This document shows, one piece after another, positions 1 through 8,345 of a stretch of DNA of 40,451 nucleotides. The notes under the pieces are model-generated. The model was not told the origin of the DNA. It ran no database searches and saw only the letters and a program-made list of their open reading frames with translations. Numbering within the stretch: the first letter of the stretch is position 1; every line of letters starts with the position of its first letter. This DNA is from a virus (taxonomy: Duplodnaviria; Caudoviricetes). Position numbers and translations under genes: made by a program. The stretch covers positions 1 through 40,451 of the IMG/VR virus record IMGVR_UViG_3300038393_001428; one strand, written 5' to 3'.

Positions 1-129
1 ACCGCACCTAAAGCATTCGCAGTCATAGCAGTGGATTCCTCCCGGTGAGCGCCGATGCCAGCGTTTGTGAAAGATGTTACAAAACAGCCGCTTCACGATA
101 GGCAGCGCTGCCCCTGCTTCTTGGTTCAT
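1..129 (-). CDS. 5' part of a Cys-rich (Zn-finger-like) hypothetical protein spanning the origin; continues at 40451..40344
   Basis: ATG at 129 overlaps the upstream TGA (ATGA). 43 codons end exactly at base 1 (MNQEAG...CYDCECFRCG) and continue in frame from 40451. Confidence 0.7.
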   Translation of the reverse strand, partial: MNQEAGAALPIVKRLFCNIFHKRWHRRSPGGIHCYDCECFRCG

Positions 130-299
130 GCTGATTCGCCTTGCGCTTGAACCGTGCGACGCTGCTTCGCTACAATGCCTTGCGGGTTCACATATTCGTC
201 AATGATTATGCACCGCCTCCACGCAAAATGTGGACCAAAGGCGCTCTGTTCTGGCGGCACGAACTGCGCCCCTGCTTCTCGATGTGGGTTAGGTGTCAT
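126..299 (-). CDS. Hypothetical protein (MTPNPHRE...)
   Basis: GGAGG SD and ATGA coupling at both ends. Confidence 0.55.
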   Translation of the reverse strand: MTPNPHREAGAQFVPPEQSAFGPHFAWRRCIIIDEYVNPQGIVAKQRRTVQAQGESA

Positions 300-508
300 G
301 CTTCCTCCGTTCTGGCGATCCCTTCGGGCCGCGCGTGCTGGTCCTGAGGGACCGCCATGTCTCCGCATGGCGCTGCTATCGCAGCAGCATCGCTATCGCA
401 GACAGCGCAGAGTGTGTGCCAAGGAGCGCCGATGAAGATCACGCCGCAGTTGTGGCAGTCACAGCCACCTGGATCGCCATAGGCGGGCCTGTCGAAGGGG
501 GCGCTCAT
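296..508 (-). CDS. Hypothetical CxxC/CxxC protein; 3' end overlaps a hairpin element
   Basis: CHNC...CAVC motif; ATGA coupling. Confidence 0.55.
   Translation of the reverse strand: MSAPFDRPAYGDPGGCDCHNCGVIFIGAPWHTLCAVCDSDAAAIAAPCGDMAVPQDQHARPEGIARTEEA
309..382 (-). repeat. Multi-hairpin dispersed element, copy 1
   Basis: Minus strand GCGATAGC...CCC-GAA-GGG-ATCGCCAGAAC; same termini as the copy at 859-948. Confidence 0.65.
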
Positions 509-849
509 GGCCGCTCCTTGAGCTTATTGACGATGCGCGCTCGCCGAGCGAACTCTGGAAACACAATCTTGCCGTTCATGCCGTGCCACGAAAGCTTGCC
601 ATGTTCATGATGGCCACTCGGCAACTCGAAATAGCCGCCAATCATAAACGGTTCTAAGTCACCCGGATGTTCGGCCAGATACGAAACAATCCCACCCGCC
701 GTTTCCAAACCGCCGACTCCGGCTTGCCAGCCTACCGCCTCTGACACCTTGACCAGATGCTCGATAAACTCGCGCGCGGTCGGCTCTGGACGCTGCGTTT
801 GGTCGCATGGTAGCGCTCCACATGACGAGCAACACTCAGCCTTCATCAT
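505..849 (-). CDS. Hypothetical protein (MMKAECCSSCGALPC...)
   Basis: AGGAG SD before ATG at 849; coupled to the downstream gene. Confidence 0.7.
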   Translation of the reverse strand: MMKAECCSSCGALPCDQTQRPEPTAREFIEHLVKVSEAVGWQAGVGGLETAGGIVSYLAEHPGDLEPFMIGGYFELPSGHHEHGKLSWHGMNGKIVFPEFARRARIVNKLKERP

Positions 850-858
850 GCGCTCCTT

Positions 859-948
859 GCGATAGCGGCAGGCGCGCGAAGCGCCGAAACAACGAAGATT
901 GGTTCGGGCCGAAGGCCGCCAGAGCGGCGCGAAGCGCATCGCCAGAAC
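859..948 (+). repeat. Multi-hairpin dispersed element, copy 2
   Basis: GCGC-GAA-GCGC, AAC-GAA-GATT, GGCC-GAA-GGCC, GCGC-GAA-GCGC; shares ACAACGAAGATTGG with the copy at 2916-2996. Confidence 0.75.
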
Positions 949-956
949 TATGTCGG

Positions 957-1289
957 TTAGGCATTGTCGGACCCTTTCTGGGTGGTGGCCTGGGGAGCCA
1001 CGCACCGCAAATGTTCGCGTAGGAAATGGACCGCCGTTTGCTCTGGAGGCCACCCTTCGTAATCGCCGCGATGCCCAAACGGCCAAAATCCTTCATCTCG
1101 GAAGAACTCGACCAGCGGGCCAATTTCATTCAGCTTCTCGCGCAGCTTGGCATTGGCGGCCGACAGGTCGCGCACTTGCCGCTCGGCCTTTTCCGCTCGG
1201 TTTGTTTGCTCGCTAAGCGCCGCAACAACATCGCGGACGTATTTCACGCGCTCCGGATCGAATGAGCGCCCAGAATCAGTCATCATCAT
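957..1289 (-). CDS. Hypothetical coiled-coil protein
   Basis: ORF with GGGGG SD and a heptad-like segment. Confidence 0.6.
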   Translation of the reverse strand: MMMTDSGRSFDPERVKYVRDVVAALSEQTNRAEKAERQVRDLSAANAKLREKLNEIGPLVEFFRDEGFWPFGHRGDYEGWPPEQTAVHFLREHLRCVAPQATTQKGSDNA

Positions 1290-1302
1290 TCCCCCGGTGG
1301 AG

Positions 1303-1320
1303 TTGTACGGGATTTGTACG
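1303..1320. promoter_or_regulatory. Putative integrase arm-type sites (left pair)
   Basis: TTGTACG at 1303 and 1314 (11 bp period), mirrored by the pair at 1483/1494. Confidence 0.65.
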
Positions 1321-1372
1321 CGGTTTCGCGGTTTGTTCGGCGCGCGTTCCTGCATGGAACAGCAAGCGTCTA

Positions 1373-1419
1373 TGGCGCACCCGACAGGATTCGAACCTGT
1401 GGCCTCTGCCTTCGGAGGG
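1373..1419 (-). other. attP: attP core: 47-bp 3' half of tRNA-Arg(CCG)
   Basis: Minus strand CCCTCCGAAGGCAGAGGCCACAGGTTCGAATCCTGTCGGGTGCGCCA gives anticodon loop (CCG), T-arm GGTTCGAATCC, acceptor strand and CCA. The 5' half is absent. Lies 15 bp from the integrase stop. Confidence 0.92.
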
Positions 1420-1434
1420 AATTGGTCCGAACAC

Positions 1435-2526
1435 CTAATTAGACCCTGTTTTCAGTAGCTTGATGCCTGTCTCAGTTTCGGCTTGTACGAGTCCTGTACG
1501 AAAACCGGCCAAAATCTTGTCCTCGAAACCCTCCGCATGGGTATAGGTGCGGTTGAGCAAAACGGTGTCTGACCATCCGCCGAACTTGCCGACAGATTTG
1601 CTGTCCACACCTTGCCTGATGACGTGCTCCTGTCCGAAGCCGTGACGACCAGCGGCATGGGGTGATAGGTACGGAATGCCTGCATCCCTGCATGCCCGTT
1701 TCCAAGCCTTCAGCGGCCCGCACGATGAGGCAAAGCCGAACACGCGCTTGTTCTCCGGAGTGCGCTTCCATCCTCTCGGCACCATCGGCGTCAAGTTAGC
1801 GAGCTCCGACACCAGTTCAGGCGGGATCTGAATTTCCCTGTCGCCGTGACCCTTGGCTCCGGGAATGATGACCCTGTTTTGATCCAGCTTGAGATGGCAC
1901 GGCGCCATCTGCACTGCCTGTCCCACCCTGGCTCCCGTAGCGAACATGAATAGCGCTAGCGCACCGTGCCTTTGCGGAGCTGTCGTGCGGAAGCTCAGCA
2001 GCCAAGCCCAATCGCCAGGTCGGCGCTCAAGGCGACTTGCCTTCTTGCGCTTCTTGTCCTGTGCCACTCGCTCTTGCTCGGAGTAGCCCTTGATTTTGAT
2101 AGGCGGGCATTTCCCTTTGTCATTCGCGTTGTTGATGACGGCGCGGGCAGGAGTGACGACCCATCGCCTCCAAGTGTCCGTGCAGGCAGTGGGATAGAGC
2201 TTAGGCCCGAGGTCTCGGATCATGCCCGGAGTGATGCGGTCACAGCGGATTGGTCCTAGTTCGCGCAACAGAGGCTTTAAGTAGCGGGCCATCATCGGGG
2301 TTGGTTGGTACATCATGACGGCTGCCGCGAACGTTAGCGGCTGCTCCTCTTCGCCGATGAGATAGCGACGACGCTCCCGCTCCTCCCTCTCTGCGATCCA
2401 GTCCCGCGCTCCAATCTCATCAGATGCTCCAGTGCTTTCGCGGATGTAGCTGCTGATGGGCCGACCGTTGTACTCGACGCGCCCTTTCGCCCACCACGTT
2501 GACCCTCTGCGATATGCGGTGAGCAT
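1435..2526 (-). CDS. int: Tyrosine recombinase (phage integrase)
   Basis: TGAR (catalytic R), K, HAAGRH, GGW and Y (RTYTH) motifs; GGAGG SD before MLTAYRRG; adjacent to attP. Confidence 0.95.
   Translation of the reverse strand: MLTAYRRGSTWWAKGRVEYNGRPISSYIRESTGASDEIGARDWIAEREERERRRYLIGEEEQPLTFAAAVMMYQPTPMMARYLKPLLRELGPIRCDRITPGMIRDLGPKLYPTACTDTWRRWVVTPARAVINNANDKGKCPPIKIKGYSEQERVAQDKKRKKASRLERRPGDWAWLLSFRTTAPQRHGALALFMFATGARVGQAVQMAPCHLKLDQNRVIIPGAKGHGDREIQIPPELVSELANLTPMVPRGWKRTPENKRVFGFASSCGPLKAWKRACRDAGIPYLSPHAAGRHGFGQEHVIRQGVDSKSVGKFGGWSDTVLLNRTYTHAEGFEDKILAGFRTGLVQAETETGIKLLKTGSN
1483..1500. promoter_or_regulatory. Putative integrase arm-type sites (right pair)
   Basis: TTGTACG (1483) and CTGTACG (1494), 11 bp period, inside the int 3' end. 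Confidence 0.65.
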
Positions 2527-2717
2527 GCTTCCTCCAGGATTCGGTCGATTTGGTCGGGTGTGATAATCATAGCCTTGCCGAGCACATGGCAAGCGCCAAG
2601 TTCGCGAGCCTTGGAGCGAAGGGTGCGCTCAGACATGGGAATGCCCTTAGCTGCGAATACCTCGCACCACTCAGCCGGCGGCTTGCCGTGCTCAAGAATG
2701 AGGCTCACAGCACTCAC
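2334..2717 (-). CDS. xis: Putative excisionase
   Basis: Small winged-HTH-like protein (SERTLRSKARELG...GKAMIITPDQID) overlapping the int start, the usual xis position. Confidence 0.65.
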   Translation of the reverse strand: MSAVSLILEHGKPPAEWCEVFAAKGIPMSERTLRSKARELGACHVLGKAMIITPDQIDRILEEACSPHIAEGQRGGRKGASSTTVGPSAATSAKALEHLMRLERGTGSQRGRSGSVVAISSAKRSSR

Positions 2718-2718
2718 C

Positions 2719-2913
2719 CTACCGCACCCGCCTAAGCTTAGGATGCACTATACGGAAATCGCTCCAGCTGCGTGACCATTTCGGATGCGACCTTGAGCGA
2801 ATCGCCCTCACGCACAGCCACTCATGCTCATCGTTACGCCATGAGAGGATATTGCAGACGCGGGTGGCTATGGGATCGCGCTCAGGTGTTTGGTGGAGTG
2901 CGTAGGGTTTCAT
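2719..2913 (-). CDS. Hypothetical protein
   Basis: ATGA-coupled small ORF in the operon. Confidence 0.4.
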   Translation of the reverse strand: MKPYALHQTPERDPIATRVCNILSWRNDEHEWLCVRAIRSRSHPKWSRSWSDFRIVHPKLRRVR

Positions 2914-3752
2914 TTTGCGTCCCCGCTTTCAGCGGTCGTGCTCTCATGCTCCGCACGAAGCCAATCTTCGTTGTCTTCGCCTTCGGTTTCGATCCCTGAC
3001 GAAGGTTCCGGAAAGGCCTCTTGCAGGCGATTTCGCCAGTAGTCGCGTGACTCGTACCACTGCTTACCGACGCTCTCTCCCACGACAGGATCGCCTTCTG
3101 CGGCGCGATATTCCTTTAGTTGCTCAGGCGTCGTGAGATATTGAAGACGGGCGGCAATTTGCTCATCATCTAGCAGGCCACCTTCGCGCATCTCATAGAG
3201 CGCATTTTTGTAGCGTTCGTATAAACCCTTGTAGTGACCAAGCTCCTCGCGATGCCAGCGATAGCGGTCGGTATAGCACCGCGCATTTGTCTCCAGTTTA
3301 TTGAGACGTTCAATGGCGCGATCGATTGCCTTCGCGTGGATTTGGACTTGAATCTCATTCAGAAGCTTGCGCCGGTCATCATCCTCAACACCACCAGCCC
3401 ATCTGTTCGCCATGCAATAGACGAAGCGCTCACGAACGCTTTCATCTCGCCACAAGCCCTCTGCCAATTCTTCAGCGGGAACGCGACGAAGGATCAAATC
3501 AACGAAGTCCTCGACGGGAATACGCATCTCGCCCTCGCTGAACGACAAGTTCGGCATCGGATTTTCGGAGGCGCCCCAGCGATTGTAGAGGTGGGCAACC
3601 TTGGCCGGCTGCTCATGGTCATCAGGAACTGCGATGCTGTAACCGGGAATCTTGTAAATTCTCTCGCCGTTGACCGTAATGTCAGGCTCTTTCAGGCTAG
3701 CGCGGTTGCCCCAATTGTCGTAGATTTGCTGGACAGCTTCGGACGTGCTCAT
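2910..3752 (-). CDS. Hypothetical protein (MSTSEAVQ..., ~280 aa)
   Basis: Long ORF, ATGA-coupled to the upstream gene; its C-terminus is encoded by hairpin element copy 3. Confidence 0.75.
   Translation of the reverse strand: MSTSEAVQQIYDNWGNRASLKEPDITVNGERIYKIPGYSIAVPDDHEQPAKVAHLYNRWGASENPMPNLSFSEGEMRIPVEDFVDLILRRVPAEELAEGLWRDESVRERFVYCMANRWAGGVEDDDRRKLLNEIQVQIHAKAIDRAIERLNKLETNARCYTDRYRWHREELGHYKGLYERYKNALYEMREGGLLDDEQIAARLQYLTTPEQLKEYRAAEGDPVVGESVGKQWYESRDYWRNRLQEAFPEPSSGIETEGEDNEDWLRAEHESTTAESGDAK
2916..2996 (-). repeat. Multi-hairpin dispersed element, copy 3
   Basis: GGGATCGAAACCGAAGGCGAAGACAACGAAGATTGGCTTCGTGCGGAGCATGAGAGC...CCGCT-GAA-AGCGG. Confidence 0.8.
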
Positions 3753-4174
3753 GCGGCTCTCGCTTCCTTCGTTAGTTCTTCGACGCTCACTCCCAGCCAG
3801 TTCGATAGAGTCTTGAAGCTCCAATCGATGTAAGCTGCGCGCTCGTTCTCGGTCATTTGATGGAACGAGATGCTGTCGTAGTCCTTGATTTCCTGACCGC
3901 TCGGCAGCTTCACGACTTTGACCAGCCCGTAGCGGTCCTTCAGCACCTTATGCAGGAGTGAGTCCGTGAGGCCGGGGGCCTGCTCGTCTAGCATCGGCGC
4001 CGCGAGGCCAAGGACGATCCAATACAACGCAATCCGCTTGTTGTTGCCTTGGGTGCGGGTGAGCTTGACGCGCACCTTGCCTGTGACGGCAGCAAGGGCT
4101 TGCTCGGCAGCGGGGTTGGCGGGGAAAAGTCCGCCCAAGCGCCGCTCGAAGATGAGAGGAACTTCGTCAGCCAT
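3749..4174 (-). CDS. DUF1367/NinB(Orf)-like recombination accessory protein
   Basis: SISFHQMTENE...Y motif; located in the recombination module. Confidence 0.6.
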   Translation of the reverse strand: MADEVPLIFERRLGGLFPANPAAEQALAAVTGKVRVKLTRTQGNNKRIALYWIVLGLAAPMLDEQAPGLTDSLLHKVLKDRYGLVKVVKLPSGQEIKDYDSISFHQMTENERAAYIDWSFKTLSNWLGVSVEELTKEARAA

Positions 4175-4508
4175 AGGGATTATCCAACCTGCTCCTGAAC
4201 GGTGAGCGCTCAAAGAACTCGCGAGCCAGCGCCATGAGGCTAATGCCGTGGCGCTTCTCGAACGTCTGCTCACCAATGCGGTGACATTCTCGGTGATGTT
4301 CGGCACAGCCGCTCGCGCAGTAAGCGTCCGATGGCTTCATGCCGGTGCCGGAGTTGGCTGCACGGCGAATGTGCATTGCCTCTATCGGCATGTTCGCGCA
4401 GCCAGGAACGACGCACAGATGGGTGCGTACCCAATCGCGATGAGCAGGCGAGCGAAGCCTAGGCTTGCCGCGCAGCTCACGTGAGTTGATGCGCGCTGGC
4501 AGCGTCAC
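4167..4508 (-). CDS. DUF968/HNH-like Zn nuclease
   Basis: RSPAHRDWVRT-C..C...EAMH...GMKPSD...C..HH..CH signature. Confidence 0.75.
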   Translation of the reverse strand: MTLPARINSRELRGKPRLRSPAHRDWVRTHLCVVPGCANMPIEAMHIRRAANSGTGMKPSDAYCASGCAEHHRECHRIGEQTFEKRHGISLMALAREFFERSPFRSRLDNPYG

Positions 4509-4672
4509 GCCGCCGCCCTCAGCTTCGCCCGCAACCTATCCTCACGGTTGGCTTTTAATTTCGTGAGCCTCCAGATGGCGTCGGTGCGGTAGAGCTCGCG
4601 TCGGCGCATCCTACGTTCCAGGTTCCTGACAAAGCGCCATACTCGCTCTGTTTCTCGTTCGGCGGCGGTCAT
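4505..4672 (-). CDS. Small basic hypothetical protein (55 aa, not in ORF track)
   Basis: MTAAERETERVW...KLRAAA; start and stop overlap both neighbours. Confidence 0.55.
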   Translation of the reverse strand: MTAAERETERVWRFVRNLERRMRRRELYRTDAIWRLTKLKANREDRLRAKLRAAA

Positions 4673-5646
4673 TAAACACTCGCCTCAGCAACGGTTTTCA
4701 GCGCAGCCGAGCGCTCGTCATAGATCTGCTCAAAGCGTCTGGACTCCTCGCCGTCGAGCGATTCAACCGCATCACCGTTCCTGCTCAGCCAGCCCTGCAA
4801 TTCCTGCCAACTGTCGACTTCGGCCAAGGTTGAGCAGAGCAGCTGGTAAGTGAGGCTTTCTTGCTTTGGAGCTAGCGCCTCACGGTAGTTTTTAATGAAC
4901 GCCTTGTAGCCCTCGAAATCCTCGCCATCGCCTGTCCACCATTCGTGGTTGGCGTCCTTGATCGTTTGCAGATCATCCTTGTTGGCCGAGATGATGGCGT
5001 TAAACTCTTCCAGGCTCTGCGCCTTCTCGCACTCAGTCTGCATGGCGCGCAGACGCTGCTTGATCTTGTGGATGCCGACTACTTTCTGACGCTCTGGTTG
5101 GCCTTCGAGAATTTCGCCAGTCTCAGGATCGTGCGGCTCGTCCGCCTTAGGCTCGAAGCTCGCCACTTCCTCAGGCACATAGAGCCCGCTGGTCGCCCCA
5201 GGGTACACCGTGCGTACACCCTCGCTGATGACGCGGCTGCGGAACATCTGGCGCGGATATTTGGCGTACATGCCATTGCTGCCAAGCTGAGCCTTCTTGG
5301 CCCGCTCCTTGTCCCATGAAATACGGGCCGAACCGGCAGGGTGGGTGAACGTCGCGTCGGCCCCGTCATCGTCCAGCTTGTGCCACTCAACCTTGCCGCC
5401 CGAGTTGATAAAGTCGCGCAGCATCGCCTCAGCCTTCTTCGCTGGCTTGCCGCTGATGACGCTGTAGTCGCGGAACACCACGGCAGGATGCTGGCCCTCA
5501 GCCTGGGCGAGCAGACAGAGCGTGAGGACGCCATAGGGGTCTTTCAGCCCGAACATGCCGCTCTTGGCGATCGCTCCAGCGATGCGCTCAACCTCGCTCA
5601 TGCTGAATGAGGGTGCGCCGCCTTTGATGATGGTAAGGTCGTTCAC
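4672..5646 (-). CDS. RecT/Bet-like single-strand annealing recombinase
   Basis: MYAKYPRQMFRSRVISEGVR..YP...GLY.PEE motif of RecT-family proteins; DPETGEI linker. Confidence 0.75.
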   Translation of the reverse strand: MNDLTIIKGGAPSFSMSEVERIAGAIAKSGMFGLKDPYGVLTLCLLAQAEGQHPAVVFRDYSVISGKPAKKAEAMLRDFINSGGKVEWHKLDDDGADATFTHPAGSARISWDKERAKKAQLGSNGMYAKYPRQMFRSRVISEGVRTVYPGATSGLYVPEEVASFEPKADEPHDPETGEILEGQPERQKVVGIHKIKQRLRAMQTECEKAQSLEEFNAIISANKDDLQTIKDANHEWWTGDGEDFEGYKAFIKNYREALAPKQESLTYQLLCSTLAEVDSWQELQGWLSRNGDAVESLDGEESRRFEQIYDERSAALKTVAEASV

Positions 5647-5909
5647 TTGTTCGTCGGGAGGCGCTTATTCGGCCGACCCTCCCGTCCCTTGTGTTCGTTC
5701 GAAAGTTGATCGAAACGCGCAGCGGCGAGACCCGTAGGGGCTCGATCCGAAGGATGAGAGCAACGGTGCTGCGAAGCAGCATTCGCCAACCCTTCATCCC
5801 TTGGTTGCTCACTCGCTTTGCGAACGATGAGACAGCAGTAGTCTGCTACAGCGTCGGCTCTCCGCGCTTCAGCATCAGTCATTCCCCATGCGGATTGAGA
5901 TTGGTTCAT
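5643..5909 (-). CDS. Hypothetical protein; antisense to hairpin element copy 4
   Basis: Coupled ORF in the operon. Confidence 0.4.
   Translation of the reverse strand: MNQSQSAWGMTDAEARRADAVADYCCLIVRKASEQPRDEGLANAASQHRCSHPSDRAPTGLAAARFDQLSNEHKGREGRPNKRLPTNK
5705..5787 (+). repeat. Multi-hairpin dispersed element, copy 4
   Basis: GTTG-ATCGAAA-CGC-GCA-GCG-GCGAGAC-CC-GTA-GG-GGCTCG-ATCC-GAA-GGAT-GAGAG-CAAC-GG-TGCTGC-GAA-GCAGCA-TTCGCC. Confidence 0.8.
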
Positions 5910-6139
5910 GCTGGTATTCCAGAAATGGTGACTTGGACGCGATAAACTTGCGCGTGTCGGAAAGCGGACTTAACCCGAGGGAGTGCATCCCGAGCGGCCT
6001 TGCGCGTCCTGAACAGCGCTGTGCGGTTGCCGTCGCATTGGACGGGGATATCCCATCCCCAATAGCCGACGCCGATGAAGCCGTGGCCTTCGGACGAATG
6101 GCTGTAGATGGCCCAAGCCGTGCGCGTCTTCGTCATCAT
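5906..6139 (-). CDS. Hypothetical protein (ALFRTRKAAR motif)
   Basis: ATGA-coupled ORF. Confidence 0.65.
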   Translation of the reverse strand: MMTKTRTAWAIYSHSSEGHGFIGVGYWGWDIPVQCDGNRTALFRTRKAARDALPRVKSAFRHAQVYRVQVTISGIPA

Positions 6140-6357
6140 GCGGCCACCTGAAACCGCCCGCTGGGCAGCTCTTTCGGATCAAGGTCAGCGCGCTCTGGCT
6201 TTACGCCATAATGATGAACCTTGATTTTGAACCAAGCTCCATCCCTGAGGAAGTAACCACCAGCTTGTGGCAGACCGGAGATGTCATTTGGATCGCCGCG
6301 AAGTTCTCTGAGGAACTCTGCTGCGCTTGTGGTGCTGGCGTCTGCGATGTAGGTCAT
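6136..6357 (-). CDS. Hypothetical protein
   Basis: ATGA-coupled ORF with GAGG SD. Confidence 0.65.
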   Translation of the reverse strand: MTYIADASTTSAAEFLRELRGDPNDISGLPQAGGYFLRDGAWFKIKVHHYGVKPERADLDPKELPSGRFQVAA

Positions 6358-6731
6358 GCATCACCTCGCGCTTTCGCGAGCAATGCAGCGAGTTTGCAGT
6401 CGGGAACGTGGCCCCAACGCTTGGCTGCACCGCAGTACGGGCAACCGTCCTCAGTCCCACCTTGCGGATGGTCCACTTGCCCTCCCCATTCTAGGGTTTC
6501 GAGCATCGAAAGCATTTCAGGCGCTGCGACTATCAAGGTCGCATTAGCGCTTGCTTCCAAGGCGTCGTTCGGGTCGATAATCCGAATGTCAGCGACACCG
6601 AAACGTGCTTTCCCAGTGCCAGCCAAGATGGTAAGGTGACGACCGCCGAGCGTGTCAGGCTGCGGGCCATAGATACGCCACGGACCCGGTGTTGGCCTGC
6701 CCTTGGCGACGGTTGCAATGTCGCCGCTCAC
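6354..6731 (-). CDS. TPGPW-type phage early protein
   Basis: TPGPW...ANATLIVAAPEML, with C-terminal CPYC..H..C; GTG start overlaps the upstream stop. Confidence 0.7.
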   Translation of the reverse strand: MSGDIATVAKGRPTPGPWRIYGPQPDTLGGRHLTILAGTGKARFGVADIRIIDPNDALEASANATLIVAAPEMLSMLETLEWGGQVDHPQGGTEDGCPYCGAAKRWGHVPDCKLAALLAKARGDA

Positions 6732-6985
6732 CGCAGGAACTCCTGCCCGCCGAAATAGACGATGCAGAACACGGCGATCGCGAGACAAAACGCGCGAACA
6801 ATCCGCTGCTCGCTCAACCTACGCTCTACCTTATGACGCCATTCGTGTTGGCCTCGCTGATCGAATGGATCGTGGTTGGTGAAGAGGTCTGGCTTGCGGT
6901 CGTTTGCTGCCAGACGGTCGCGCTTGGCTAGCAAGGCGTCGTTCCAGACGCGTTCGCGTTCGTTCCATATGGTGTGGCGGGTCAT
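6728..6985 (-). CDS. Small protein with a C-terminal transmembrane helix
   Basis: IVRAFCLAIAVFCIVYFGG hydrophobic stretch. Confidence 0.65.
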   Translation of the reverse strand: MTRHTIWNERERVWNDALLAKRDRLAANDRKPDLFTNHDPFDQRGQHEWRHKVERRLSEQRIVRAFCLAIAVFCIVYFGGQEFLR

Positions 6986-7197
6986 GCTTCACCGCCGATC
7001 AGATCGAACCATCCGAGCGGATAGATGCCAGCAACCTCTTTGAGTGTGATGCTCAGCGGAGCGAAGCGGCCAGCGATTGTAACGTGGTCAAGATCAACCA
7101 CGGCAAGCGGTCTCTGGTCGAGGGCACGCGCCCAACGAACCTTTACTCCCGGTTGCCAAGGGTCTTGACCACCCATTGCTGAAGGATTGTGAGGCAT
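6982..7197 (-). CDS. Hypothetical protein (MPHNPS...)
   Basis: TAATG coupling to the upstream gene. Confidence 0.55.
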   Translation of the reverse strand: MPHNPSAMGGQDPWQPGVKVRWARALDQRPLAVVDLDHVTIAGRFAPLSITLKEVAGIYPLGWFDLIGGEA

Positions 7198-7520
7198 TAT
7201 GCGGCCTCCACTTCTGCAAGTAGCTTGCGAGCCGCATCGCGCAGCACCTTGTAGCTGTCGTCGGCGGTGAATGACTCCTCGCACTCCTTGAGCAGTTCCA
7301 AGAGCTGCGGAGATTTGGCGATCAGGCGCGCATCGGCCGCCACGTTGTCACCAGTGATCTCGACGCGCAGAACATAGTCGCCGCCGCGAGTCTTGTGGCC
7401 GCGCGGCTTGAACTTGCCGGTGAGCGAGTGCGTCGGCTCAGCGGTAGCGGTATTAAAGGTCGGGCCGAACCACGGCCCCGGCGTCGAGCGTATTCCCCAT
7501 TTGAGATCGGCGTGTGCCAT
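7197..7520 (-). CDS. TPGPW-type early protein, first gene of the PL operon
   Basis: GGAGG SD; TPGPW...ADARLIAKSPQLLELL. Confidence 0.75.
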   Translation of the reverse strand: MAHADLKWGIRSTPGPWFGPTFNTATAEPTHSLTGKFKPRGHKTRGGDYVLRVEITGDNVAADARLIAKSPQLLELLKECEESFTADDSYKVLRDAARKLLAEVEAA

Positions 7521-7544
7521 TCCGTGCCTCCGTTGATGGAGACA

Positions 7545-7606
7545 CGTATATATACGCATAAGAATAACGTCAAGCGCAAAATATACGCGCTAGGTAGAAA
7601 TATACG
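7545..7606 (-). promoter_or_regulatory. PL promoter and OL operators
   Basis: Minus strand TTGACG-17-TATACG. Perfect palindrome CGTATATATACG (7545-7556) over the -10 box, plus TATACG half-sites at 7582 and 7601. Confidence 0.85.
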
Positions 7607-7632
7607 TTACCCGATTAGGCGACGAGTCGCGG

Positions 7633-8301
7633 CTATTCCTCGGCTTGGTAGCTGCCGACGACCACGGCGATGATTCGGATTTCCGCTATTCCGTCGCCGG
7701 GATCGCTCGCGGAAATGGGAGTTTGAAAAGCCGGATCAGTCGAGCGGGGAATTAGCCACTCGCGCCCTGTGTCATCGCGATAGTATTCCTTGACGGTCGC
7801 CTCTACGGTGCCGTCCTCCCTGTGGCGCTCGACAATGACGCGCCGGCCATTCTCAAGCTCTCTGTTCCACGCTTCGAGGTTTACGCAGTCGAGAATAGTG
7901 CCTGGCGGATAAACCAGATTCATGCTCGCACCTTCAGCCCTGAGGCCGAAGCGCGTTCCGTCCGGAGCTTCTACGTGGGATCCACCGCCGTATGGGATCC
8001 AATCGTCTTGCGGCCATTCATACGCCAAGGCCCATACACCTGCCTGAACTGTTCCCCGAACCCAAAAGCGATTCAGCGCGCCTGAAGTTGCAGGCTTTTG
8101 TACTGAACCGCCTATGAACGTGTGGATTGTTTCCCCAATTAGTTCAGCGAGATGAGCAAGTTTCTCAGGCTCGGGCATTGAGCCTCGTTCCCAACGTGAA
8201 ACAGTGGCCTGAGTTACTCCCATCCGCTTTGCGAACTCGGCTTGATTCAACCCCAACGATAGTCGGAGCTGCTTGATCTTATCGCCCACTGCTCTTGCCA
8301 T
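7633..8301 (-). CDS. cI: CI-like repressor (XRE HTH + S24 autopeptidase)
   Basis: HTH LNQAEFAKRMGVTQATVSRWE; VQAG cleavage site; GASM (Ser) and ATVK (Lys) dyad. Confidence 0.93.
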   Translation of the reverse strand: MARAVGDKIKQLRLSLGLNQAEFAKRMGVTQATVSRWERGSMPEPEKLAHLAELIGETIHTFIGGSVQKPATSGALNRFWVRGTVQAGVWALAYEWPQDDWIPYGGGSHVEAPDGTRFGLRAEGASMNLVYPPGTILDCVNLEAWNRELENGRRVIVERHREDGTVEATVKEYYRDDTGREWLIPRSTDPAFQTPISASDPGDGIAEIRIIAVVVGSYQAEE

Positions 8302-8345
8302 GGAGCGGCGATAACCACTCAAGCGCGAATGTCCCAACTCGCTGA

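Noticed and set aside
836-964. 42-aa minus-strand ORF
   Set aside because: Almost entirely the antisense of hairpin element copy 2; coding status unsupported.
1373-1419. Complete tRNA-Arg gene
   Set aside because: Only the 3' half is present (no D-arm or 5' acceptor strand); it is the attP core.
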